From a virus, in IMG/VR virus record IMGVR_UViG_3300010354_000045, positions 1-64,000 of that record: a DNA stretch of 64,000 bases. One strand, 5' to 3'. The position numbers and the translations under genes were made by a program. Positions 48,766 to 57,285 of this stretch are shown in pieces. Numbering within the stretch: the first letter of the stretch is position 1; every line of letters starts with the position of its first letter. The notes below the pieces were generated by a model. The model was given only the letters and a program-made list of their open reading frames with translations, was not told the origin of the DNA and ran no database searches.

Positions 48766-50997
48766 TTAGGCCAGTGCTCTATTACCAGTAGCTTTGCCAG
48801 CTAATCTTGCTGTTTTTGAACTAGCTTCACTTATGTCAGACATATAAGATAACATTTGACCCATTGTTTTATTTAACAGATTTATACCATCAAGTGTTTG
48901 GAGTTGAATATCTTCTTTAGGCCCGGCTGTTATTTCTGATGCAGTTGTTTCTGCTGCTGGTTTACCTGCACCCATTTCTTGTTCAGGTTCAGGTTTAGCA
49001 GCTTGTTGTCTTTGAGGTGTGGCTGCTGTTGATATTGTTGTTTTTAAATTATCTAGCATGCCGCCTAAGTTCATGCTTGGCATTTTAATTTCAGGCATCT
49101 GAGGCATTGAAGGTGCCTGCGGCATTTCAATTTTTGGCATTTCTGGAAGTTTAAATTCCTTGCTAGAAATTTGTGCTAGATTCTTTTGCATCATATCTTG
49201 TATACTAGCAAAATTAAACTGCCCTTGTGACTGTGCTTGGCCTGGTTTACCGGCATTTGCTTCGCTGACTATGTCTTTTACAAAATCAAATCGTTTATCA
49301 AATGGAACCACAGCTTCTTTTTTGTGTAGTTGCATCATAGTCCCTAATCCAAAATCTTCAAACCAGTTGCCTGTTGCTGCTTTTGAACCTATTTCTCGAT
49401 TAGTTGGACGACCTGTTGCAAAAGGTGTATTTGGATTTATTGTAGGTGCATTAGTACTTCTACCTGATGTTGAATCTATACCTAAGGCTTCTTTCAATTT
49501 ATCTGGTGTTTTACTAAGTTCATTGGATTTTTGTTCTACAGTTCCTCCAATTTTTCCACCAAATAGTGTTTCAATACCTTGTCTTGTGGTATTGACGAAT
49601 TCTGGACTTTTACCTAAAGTAGTATTAAGTTTACTAAACTGATCTGTAAGAGCAGCAGTATTCTTTCTAGCTTCTTCCTGAGCAGTGTTTAATAATCTAG
49701 TTGCTGCCTGGTTAGTATCAACTTTTCCAGCATCGGGTCCGACTCCAATTTGACCTTGTTGTTCTCTTCTAATACGGTCTTCTTGTAAGCGCAATGCTTG
49801 TGCAGGATCGACACCTGCTTCTCTAGCTTGTGTTTCTGCTCCGGCTCGTCGTTGATTTTCTGCTATTAATCTTCTTTGTGTTTGTGCAATTTCGCCTTCA
49901 CCTTGTAGTGCTAATCTAGCATAACGTTCACTACTTTGAAATTCATTTATTTTAGCAACTGCTGCTTTCATAGCAGCATCAGCTTGCATTTTTTGTGCAT
50001 CTGTAACAGCACTTTGTTGCATACGAACAGCACGTTGAAACTCAACACCTGCTGGTCCTAATGCAGCCATAGTATTGAGATTATCTTTAGTCATTCTACC
50101 GCCAGAAGCAATAGTCTGTGCAAGATTGTTAATAGATGGACCCATTCCTGATAAAGATGCTTGAGTTTTTACAAACTGTTGTCTTTGTTGCTCGCTCATC
50201 ATGTTCATGGCTAAGATAGCCTCTGGGCTTTTCATTCTTTCTTTTAATTCAGCTTCGATTGCGTCTCTGCTTTTGCCTGTTGCCCTTGCTTGTTCGTCAA
50301 TAGTTTGTGCAAGATAAGCACTTGCTTGAGCAAGTTCGGCGCGGCCTTTTAAGTCTGTTTGTAAGTTCACTTTAGTGTTAGATGCCATAATGGCAGTAGC
50401 ACTTTGTAACCCATCCACATTACCTTGAAATTGAACGACTTGCTGTCCTATGTCACTTTCTATAGCGTCTCGTGTTAGTTTTAAAAATCGTTGTGATCCT
50501 TCCTGTGCTGTTGCGCCGAGTCCTGTGATACTAGGGCCTTGTGCTTTAAGCAACTTGCCGTATTCGGCCATTTCAAACCCAGCAGCTCGAGTTTGTGCCA
50601 TAAATTCTGGAAGATTAGTTCCGCCAATGCCTTGCCTACTTGCTTGGTTAATTGACTCTCTGCCCGCTTCCATTGTTTTTACAAATCCTGTTAACGCTCC
50701 TCCAATCTGTGGATTAACTTTGTTTACAACACCTGCAATAAATTCCATTGCTGCCGCAGCTTCTTTGCCCTGTGCAGACAACCCTAAAAATGCTGTGCCT
50801 AAAGGTGTAGCAGCATTTAGTAGTTTTACAAATTTGTCAGTCACACCGCCTGCTGCTTCTGATAATGCAGCCATTACACTGTTACCTTGTGACGACGGGG
50901 CAGCGGCACCAGCAGCTGGTCTACTATTACCACCAAAATACGGTTTTAATGCTTCGGAAAAAGCATTTGTTAAATCAGTAAGACTAAAATTAGCCAT
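48766..50997 (-). CDS. Tape measure protein
   Basis: 743 aa Ala/Gln-rich helical; LHKKEAVVP motif near C-term; adjacent to gp26-like gene. Confidence 0.7.
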   Translation of the reverse strand: MANFSLTDLTNAFSEALKPYFGGNSRPAAGAAAPSSQGNSVMAALSEAAGGVTDKFVKLLNAATPLGTAFLGLSAQGKEAAAAMEFIAGVVNKVNPQIGGALTGFVKTMEAGRESINQASRQGIGGTNLPEFMAQTRAAGFEMAEYGKLLKAQGPSITGLGATAQEGSQRFLKLTRDAIESDIGQQVVQFQGNVDGLQSATAIMASNTKVNLQTDLKGRAELAQASAYLAQTIDEQARATGKSRDAIEAELKERMKSPEAILAMNMMSEQQRQQFVKTQASLSGMGPSINNLAQTIASGGRMTKDNLNTMAALGPAGVEFQRAVRMQQSAVTDAQKMQADAAMKAAVAKINEFQSSERYARLALQGEGEIAQTQRRLIAENQRRAGAETQAREAGVDPAQALRLQEDRIRREQQGQIGVGPDAGKVDTNQAATRLLNTAQEEARKNTAALTDQFSKLNTTLGKSPEFVNTTRQGIETLFGGKIGGTVEQKSNELSKTPDKLKEALGIDSTSGRSTNAPTINPNTPFATGRPTNREIGSKAATGNWFEDFGLGTMMQLHKKEAVVPFDKRFDFVKDIVSEANAGKPGQAQSQGQFNFASIQDMMQKNLAQISSKEFKLPEMPKIEMPQAPSMPQMPEIKMPSMNLGGMLDNLKTTISTAATPQRQQAAKPEPEQEMGAGKPAAETTASEITAGPKEDIQLQTLDGINLLNKTMGQMLSYMSDISEASSKTARLAGKATGNRALA

Positions 50998-51023
50998 AAG
51001 TTAAAAATCCAAAAAACTACGTA

Positions 51024-51047
51024 TATAAATACCTATACTATATTTAT
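51024..51047. promoter_or_regulatory. Face-to-face late promoters for gp26-like (+) and tape measure (-)
   Basis: TATAAATA (+) 51024-51031 and ATAAATA (-) 51047-51041. Confidence 0.65.
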
Positions 51048-51059
51048 CCGGAGTCTTAT

Positions 51060-51881
51060 ATGGCCATTAACCCTTTACAAAAATACTTTAGACAACCAAA
51101 AATTTTTATAAATTTGCCTAGTCACGGTATCTATTGTAAAGAAGGGACTCTACAAGGAGATCCTATTAATATGCCAATCTACGGCATGACTGGTATGGAC
51201 GAAATTATTAGTAAAACTCCCGATGCATTGTTAACAGGGGAAAGTTCTGTAAAAGTAATAGAAAGTTGCTGCCCGTCAATTAAAGATGCTTGGGGGTTAA
51301 GTGTGCTTGATACTGATGCAATTTTTGCAGCAATTCGTATTGCTACATACGGAAATATTTTATCTGTAACACACAAATGTTCTAATTGTGAAACTGAAAA
51401 TGATTATGATTTAGATTTAAATCGAGTAATAGAGCATTTTTCAACTTGCAAATACGATAACACTGTTATTTTTAAAGATTTAGTTATTAAAACTCAACCC
51501 ATTACCTACAAACAATCTACGGATTTTAATTTGCAAAATTTTCAATTACAACAAAAATTAAGTCAAATTAGATCAATGGATGAAACACCTGAGCAACAGG
51601 CAGCTATTAATAATTTATGGAAAGAATTAGCAGACAGTCAAAAAATTATTTTTGCTGCATCAATTGAATCTGTTGAAACACCTAATGGCACAGTAACTGA
51701 AAGAGGTTATATCACTGAATGGTTAGAAAATTCTGACAAAGACTTGTTAAATGAACTTAAATTGCATATAGAAAAAAATAGGGAAATTTGGACAATGCCT
51801 AAATTTCCTATCAAGTGCAATAACTGCGGGCATGAAGAATCTATTACTATAAACTTGGATCAATCTAATTTTTTCGACTGA
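51060..51881 (+). CDS. gp26: Baseplate hub assembly protein / tail assembly chaperone
   Basis: NPLQKYFRQPK..LPS.G, D.DAI..AIRIATYG, two CxxC, ends ..NFF. Confidence 0.75.
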   Translation: MAINPLQKYFRQPKIFINLPSHGIYCKEGTLQGDPINMPIYGMTGMDEIISKTPDALLTGESSVKVIESCCPSIKDAWGLSVLDTDAIFAAIRIATYGNILSVTHKCSNCETENDYDLDLNRVIEHFSTCKYDNTVIFKDLVIKTQPITYKQSTDFNLQNFQLQQKLSQIRSMDETPEQQAAINNLWKELADSQKIIFAASIESVETPNGTVTERGYITEWLENSDKDLLNELKLHIEKNREIWTMPKFPIKCNNCGHEESITINLDQSNFFD

Positions 51882-52108
51882 GCCTAATTAGTCTTTCACC
51901 CGGTGAAATAGAAGAAAAACTAGTTAGGCTAGATCAAGAAGTTAAAAAATTTAAAGAAGAATTATTTCGACTTACTTGGTACATGCGAGGCGGGGTAAGT
52001 ATAAATGATTTATTATTTGTATACACCTATGATGATAGGCAAGCAATTTATACTGTAGTACAAGAAAATTTTGAGTTAACTAAAGAAACTCGAATGCCTT
52101 TACTTTAA
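51875..52108 (+). CDS. gp51-like ORF reachable by -1 frameshift from gp26
   Basis: Open -1 frame RLSLISLSPGEIEEKL..LFRLTWYMRGGVS..RMPLL*; no upstream start codon; T TTT TTC at 51869-51875. Confidence 0.7.
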   Translation, partial: RLSLISLSPGEIEEKLVRLDQEVKKFKEELFRLTWYMRGGVSINDLLFVYTYDDRQAIYTVVQENFELTKETRMPLL

Positions 52109-53286
52109 CGGCCCCTATCTCCAACATAGCCAAAATCAACTTTTTTAGTTACTGGATCTTGTATAAACCCCGGTGCATAATAAACCCACTTGTCTCTAGG
52201 ACTTGGAGTTAATTTTGACGGATCTGGTTGATCTCCGATACGGGGTGTTGTTTGTCCGGCACCGGAAGCTGCATTTGCTGCATTTTGTGAAGACTGTCCA
52301 GGTCGTTGCGAACTAGGTGGTTCACTAGTTCCCCCAATGTCAGTTTTTGAATCATCTGCTGGCCTAGCACCTTGACCACTAGACGATGGTTGACTAGACG
52401 CACCAGCTGCTTGTGCAATTTTAGCAGCTTCTTGGTCGTAGGTAGTTGTAAACATACTTAAGATCATATCTTCTAAAGTAGTTAAAAGAGGAGCAGCTCC
52501 TCTTTGAATTAAACCAGGAGGACATTTTCCTTCTTCAGCTGTTGTTGAACAAGCAAACCAATTTCCTATAGCTTTGGCATTTTCTTCGGAGTTGGCTAAA
52601 GTCATAAACATTGCCGCTAATACCTTATTTGGCAATTGAGTTTTTTCTTTCACCCATGCTCCTGCTCGTGTACTAAAAATCCCTATAGTTTTTGCAGCTA
52701 TAGCGGCAGGCATTTTTGCTAAAATACCAGTTCCTATTAATACTGTAACACGACCGGCTAATTTTGTAATCTGTTGATTTCTGTAGGCTTGGAAACTTTC
52801 AAGCATTTCTGGAGTAGGATTTTTTTCTAGTTCTTTTAATGCCCATTGCATATCTTGATAATAATCAATAAAGGGTTCTGCAAATGCATAGGCTATAGCA
52901 ACTCCGGATGTAGCGGAAACTAAATTTCTTACTATACTGCCTGTTTTTACTACACCTGATTTAGCTCCCGAAACAGCTGATGCTATAGAGGCACCTGCTC
53001 TCCTTAATCCGCTAGGAGCTCTAACTTTATTTGCTTGTTTAACAGCAGTATCTAATATACCAGGATTTTTTGCCACTAGCCTTTGTGCTTCAGGGCCTAA
53101 TCCTTTAGCAACAGCTTCTGCTTCGGCTCTTGTGGCAGGCCCTGCCCACTTGCCAGCAGAAACTAGCCCATCTTTAATAGCAGTAAGTAATTGTGATGAT
53201 TTAGTTCCAAAGAGACTTCCTAATGTTCTAGCGACTGCGCCATATTCATTTATTTGCTCTTTGTGAACGATGTCTAATATTTTCAT
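52105..53286 (-). CDS. Hypothetical late protein with hydrophobic helices
   Basis: 393 aa, MKILDIVHKEQINE N-term, Ala/Gly hydrophobic segments; TAAATA at 53308-53303. Confidence 0.65.
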   Translation of the reverse strand: MKILDIVHKEQINEYGAVARTLGSLFGTKSSQLLTAIKDGLVSAGKWAGPATRAEAEAVAKGLGPEAQRLVAKNPGILDTAVKQANKVRAPSGLRRAGASIASAVSGAKSGVVKTGSIVRNLVSATSGVAIAYAFAEPFIDYYQDMQWALKELEKNPTPEMLESFQAYRNQQITKLAGRVTVLIGTGILAKMPAAIAAKTIGIFSTRAGAWVKEKTQLPNKVLAAMFMTLANSEENAKAIGNWFACSTTAEEGKCPPGLIQRGAAPLLTTLEDMILSMFTTTYDQEAAKIAQAAGASSQPSSSGQGARPADDSKTDIGGTSEPPSSQRPGQSSQNAANAASGAGQTTPRIGDQPDPSKLTPSPRDKWVYYAPGFIQDPVTKKVDFGYVGDRGR

Positions 53287-53316
53287 AGGAATCTCTTTTT
53301 GATATTTATCGAGATT

Positions 53317-53801
53317 TAAAAGAAGAACTACGTTCTTCTGTTCTTCGCTATCGCTCGAACTTTTTTGTATTTTTAATGCGAAGCATTTAAATATTATCTA
53401 GATTGTTCAGTCACACTTAGCCCGTTAGGGCTAAGAAACATTATCTGAGTCGAACATGTCACACAGCGTTAGGACTATAAATGTTTGCTATTCTGTACAA
53501 AATAACACTATATTGTATAGAATAGTTAACATTATGCATAGGCGGTTGTCCGGTACCTACTCATCCCGTCTTATCACAACGGCAGGCCTGTACTGATACG
53601 CTATCATCTGTACAGCCGTTAGGGAGTTACCCTTCTTTTAGCCTTTTTAAAATTTTCCTGTATAGCAAATCCGGTTGTGTGTAGGCATATCCGAACATCG
53701 TCCTGTAAAGGATAGTTGCTATAAACTCACAACGGCGAGAGATTTCCTTACCCTGCGACATCACCAGGGATTCGGGCGCCCGAAATTAGCTGACGCTTGC
53801 T
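53317..53801 (-). ncRNA. Candidate large structured ncRNA
   Basis: Longest intergenic gap in a tightly packed window; at least 10 hairpins and repeated motifs; strand inferred from the upstream operon. Confidence 0.55.
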
Positions 53802-54245
53802 TTAACCGTTTGATCGAGCCTGTGCTTGTTCTTGTAGGCGCTGCCTTAAGATGTTTGACCCACCAATTCTACAGTTGATAATACCGTTATAGTATTCGTC
53901 TGTTTCAAGAACTCTGCGTTCAAACTGTTCTCTTGCCTCTAGATATGACATTTCTGCCTTAGATTTGCAGTAATAAAGTATTTCTCTAGTAAATTTTTCC
54001 GGACCTAATGCGTGTACGTCTGCCTGTAGTTTGTCTGATGAGCCCCAATAATTTCGCCAATCGCTTTCGACGGTACTACGTCTTTTAAGTTTTTTGCCTT
54101 TGAGAGGAGGTCGTGTTTTTTTAAATTGGGCTAGTTTTTTGCCTATATATTTTTGTCCGGTTGTAAGGTTGGTAATAAGATAAACAAAGCCAATATAGCC
54201 TTCAGGAATTTCTTCTACTAATTGATTTTGATGTGTCCATGACAT
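53802..54245 (-). CDS. GIY-YIG endonuclease (endonuclease II/DenA-like)
   Basis: GFVYLITN...YIGKK, W..YWGSS, F.REIL, YLEAREQF, YYN. Confidence 0.85.
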   Translation of the reverse strand: MSWTHQNQLVEEIPEGYIGFVYLITNLTTGQKYIGKKLAQFKKTRPPLKGKKLKRRSTVESDWRNYWGSSDKLQADVHALGPEKFTREILYYCKSKAEMSYLEAREQFERRVLETDEYYNGIINCRIGGSNILRQRLQEQAQARSNG

Positions 54246-54248
54246 CAC

Positions 54249-54503
54249 TTATGTATTATCTTGAGACTGATCCTTCAGTTGTTTTTGAGCCTCTCGATAC
54301 TTTGGACTTTTTATTTTAGGTTTCTTTTTTCGTATTTCTAAAATTTCTTCCCTCATAGCCAAAGCAATGCGCCTTATTTCATATAGATGTTTTCTTAGCC
54401 TAATTCCGCTAGCATGTGATTCGTAGTTTTCCCATGTTTGATTTTCCTCAAAGTAGGCTCGAAACTCTTTCATCAATGCTTCATGTAAATGCCTAGTGGT
54501 CAT
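54249..54503 (-). CDS. Small basic Hc1-like (histone H1-like) protein
   Basis: ASGIRLRKHL.EIRR.A..MREEI resembles AAGTRARK.L.EL pattern; Lys-rich tail. Confidence 0.5.
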   Translation of the reverse strand: MTTRHLHEALMKEFRAYFEENQTWENYESHASGIRLRKHLYEIRRIALAMREEILEIRKKKPKIKSPKYREAQKQLKDQSQDNT

Positions 54504-56275
54504 TCTTCAATTTCTATGTCGTTAGCATAACTGGTAAAGCCATTTTCTTTGATAACTTTAAGTACATTATTAACTCGACCAATTAATTCATCTTTGTGAC
54601 TGATTAAGAAAACATTTTTCTTACGTTCACGTGATATTTTTTTAAGTACTGCTAAAGCGCTTTCAACACCGCTAGCATCTAAACCGTTATCAATTAATTC
54701 ATCAATAAACAATAGATTGATACCTTGATATAAACTTTCCCATACATCTCTAAATGCCCATGATAACGATAGTATTAACCTATTTCGTTCGCCCCGTGAC
54801 AAGTTGTCAAAATCTAAATCTTGACCAAGTTGCATAATTTCGACTGTTAAATCATTTAAGAACGTAACAGTATGTGGTAATCCCATTTTATCTAGATAAT
54901 AAGTTAGTCTATTGTTAAGATAAGCTAGGTTTTGATCAATAATCTTTTTACGAATAAAGCTATCTTTACTAGTTAATAACTTTAACAGAAATTCTTGATG
55001 ATCCTTGAGAGTAGTTAGTTCATTTATACTATCCCAAGATATCTCTTGCATAGCAGTATTACGAAGTTCATCAATTTGCTCTTGATAAGGGTCAGTCTCA
55101 CCTGCCTTAACAGTTAATTGTGTTTCAAGAGTTTGAATAGTATTTTGATGTTTTAATGCTTCTTCAACAGTATCGTAATAGGTAACAGGCCTGCCATTAA
55201 TGTCTCCTATTTCATCAAGTTCTGTAATAATTTTAGCTAGATCATTTGTGACTTTAGTTAGATATTTGTTAGCTTCATCGAGTTGCGACTGAGCAGTGCT
55301 AGTCATTTCTGTATGCTTGTGATCTTGTAGTTGCTGTTCACAAGCATGACATTTTTTATTAGCTAATTTTTCTAATTCACCTGCATATTTTTTAACAGTT
55401 CGTTCTGCTTGGGCTACTGCACTTTCTAAAGTAGCACGTTCTTTGTTTAGACTTTTTAATTTTGCCGCCTGTTCGTCATAAATTTTTAATTTTGCATGTG
55501 CATCTAATTCAACGGCAATGTCTACATTTTCAAGTTCGATAATTGCTCGACCTATTTTTTCTAAATCGTTATCTCGCTGAGTGTTCCATGCATTTTGTCT
55601 AATGATTAATGCATCGATACTTTGTTGAATCTTGTCGTTTGATTTTTTAGTAGCTTCTAAATTGGCAGTTTCTTGAGTGATTGCTTCTTTAGTTTGTCTA
55701 ATTAATTCTTTAAGAGTTTCTGCCTTTTCAGAAAGTAGGGTAATGCCTAACAATTGCTCAATTACAGCACGTTGATCTGCTGCTTTCATTGAAAGAAACG
55801 GTTCAGTGTAGGTATTAAGTGCAATAATATGCTTAAACATATCATGACTCATGCCTAACAAATCATCTAAATCTTTTTGTGTTTCTCTCATATCTCCTTG
55901 AGAGTCATCATTTTCTTCTGAAGTCTGCTCTTCGTTATTGACAAAGAACTTTAACACATTAGGTTTTCTTCCTCTTTCTATTCTATAATCAATGCCATTA
56001 TTTTCAAAAGTCAATGTTACTAACATATTTTTGTTGTTAATCTTATTAATAAGATTGTCTTTTTTAATGTTAGTAAGTGCATTACCAAACAGTGCATAAC
56101 TTAGTGCATTGACAATAGTAGTTTTACCAGTACCGTTACGAGCACCGCTGTCATCCCCTCCTTGGTCTAAATTTTCGCCTAGCACAAGTGTTAGATTTTC
56201 TTTGGCAAAATTAACAGCTTGAGTTTGATTGCCAACACTCATGAAATTTTTAACAGTTAATTCTTTTATTTTCAT
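54500..56275 (-). CDS. gp46: Recombination ATPase (Rad50/SbcC-like)
   Basis: KNFMSVGN, NGTGKTT, CHAC zinc hook, LSRGE signature, LFIDE, ISHK. Confidence 0.95.
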   Translation of the reverse strand: MKIKELTVKNFMSVGNQTQAVNFAKENLTLVLGENLDQGGDDSGARNGTGKTTIVNALSYALFGNALTNIKKDNLINKINNKNMLVTLTFENNGIDYRIERGRKPNVLKFFVNNEEQTSEENDDSQGDMRETQKDLDDLLGMSHDMFKHIIALNTYTEPFLSMKAADQRAVIEQLLGITLLSEKAETLKELIRQTKEAITQETANLEATKKSNDKIQQSIDALIIRQNAWNTQRDNDLEKIGRAIIELENVDIAVELDAHAKLKIYDEQAAKLKSLNKERATLESAVAQAERTVKKYAGELEKLANKKCHACEQQLQDHKHTEMTSTAQSQLDEANKYLTKVTNDLAKIITELDEIGDINGRPVTYYDTVEEALKHQNTIQTLETQLTVKAGETDPYQEQIDELRNTAMQEISWDSINELTTLKDHQEFLLKLLTSKDSFIRKKIIDQNLAYLNNRLTYYLDKMGLPHTVTFLNDLTVEIMQLGQDLDFDNLSRGERNRLILSLSWAFRDVWESLYQGINLLFIDELIDNGLDASGVESALAVLKKISRERKKNVFLISHKDELIGRVNNVLKVIKENGFTSYANDIEIEE

Positions 56276-57285
56276 AGGCTATTATAAATTGCAAGCAATG
56301 TATTTTTGTCGTAGGTGTCGGAATCGATGTTTATGATTTGACTAGACACAATTTGATCAACACTTTCAAATGCTTGTATATCAATGTTTGTGTTAATTTC
56401 AACTTCTTTTCGTTCTGTGATTAAAGTAAGTTCTCGAATGTCATAGTCTTCGATAAATTTTTCTTTAATAAAACTTGCTTCTTCGTAAGTGATATCAATA
56501 TCTAGTGTAACACGTAGATGCTGTTTTGGTTTAATTAGTGTATCTGCTTCATCAATAAGTTGACTTAATTTTACAGTTCTAAATGTTGGTTGAGAATCCC
56601 AACTGTAAAATACAGGCTTTTTACCCCACTCAAGAATCATCATTCCTCGATCGTCATCCCATGCATCAGCATAGTTATGGGGAAAGGCATTGCCTATGTA
56701 ATGCATATTCTTTTTACTCTGTCGTTTATGAAAATGTCCACTAAACCCCATTTCATAATTTTGAAAAGCATCTAATTGTATCTCGCCGTGATCAGGCATT
56801 TGAACCATGGCGTTCATGTAAAAATGTGGTAATTCAAAGTGTCCAAATATGTATCTTGCTTTTGTTTTTCCTATAGCTTTCCACTCTTCGCCGACTAACC
56901 AAGGACACATAGTAACGTCACCTACAGTCATAGGCTTGTGAACAATGGTTATGCCGGGAATATATTTGCCAAACTCGACAGAGTGGATATCACGTTTATC
57001 TTTATAGTATAAATCATGATTACCTGGAAAAAAGAAAAACTGATCAAATGCTGCACCTAATTTTTCTAAAGCTCTAAGGCTATAGTCCATGGTGGTGATA
57101 TTAAGACTATTGCGATTATGGTGCCAGTCACCAAGGAAAATTCCTGTATCGCAACCTTCTTCCTTTGCTTTGGCAATGAACCAATCGACAAATTCTTCAC
57201 AGTCTTGATTATGTACTTGACTGTTAGATTTAAGACCGAAATGTATGTCTGTAAAACAGGCAACTTTTTTAAACAAATTAGTCAT
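56272..57285 (-). CDS. gp47: Recombination nuclease (Mre11/SbcD-like)
   Basis: DIHFG, LGDW, GNHD, GHFE, SGHFH; start at ATG 57285 overlapping gp55 stop. Confidence 0.95.
   Translation of the reverse strand: MTNLFKKVACFTDIHFGLKSNSQVHNQDCEEFVDWFIAKAKEEGCDTGIFLGDWHHNRNSLNITTMDYSLRALEKLGAAFDQFFFFPGNHDLYYKDKRDIHSVEFGKYIPGITIVHKPMTVGDVTMCPWLVGEEWKAIGKTKARYIFGHFELPHFYMNAMVQMPDHGEIQLDAFQNYEMGFSGHFHKRQSKKNMHYIGNAFPHNYADAWDDDRGMMILEWGKKPVFYSWDSQPTFRTVKLSQLIDEADTLIKPKQHLRVTLDIDITYEEASFIKEKFIEDYDIRELTLITERKEVEINTNIDIQAFESVDQIVSSQIINIDSDTYDKNTLLAIYNSL

Noticed and set aside
53447-53457. GTTCGACTC T-loop-like sequence suggesting tRNA or tmRNA
   Set aside because: No flanking T-stem, acceptor stem or CCA end; no cloverleaf could be built
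53675-53878. 67-aa plus-strand ORF inside the structured element
   Set aside because: Non-ATG start, no SD, overlaps the endonuclease antisense; region is better explained by secondary structure
53317-54245. Group I intron with homing endonuclease
   Set aside because: No interrupted host gene on either side and no recognisable P7 core (R/S) sequences
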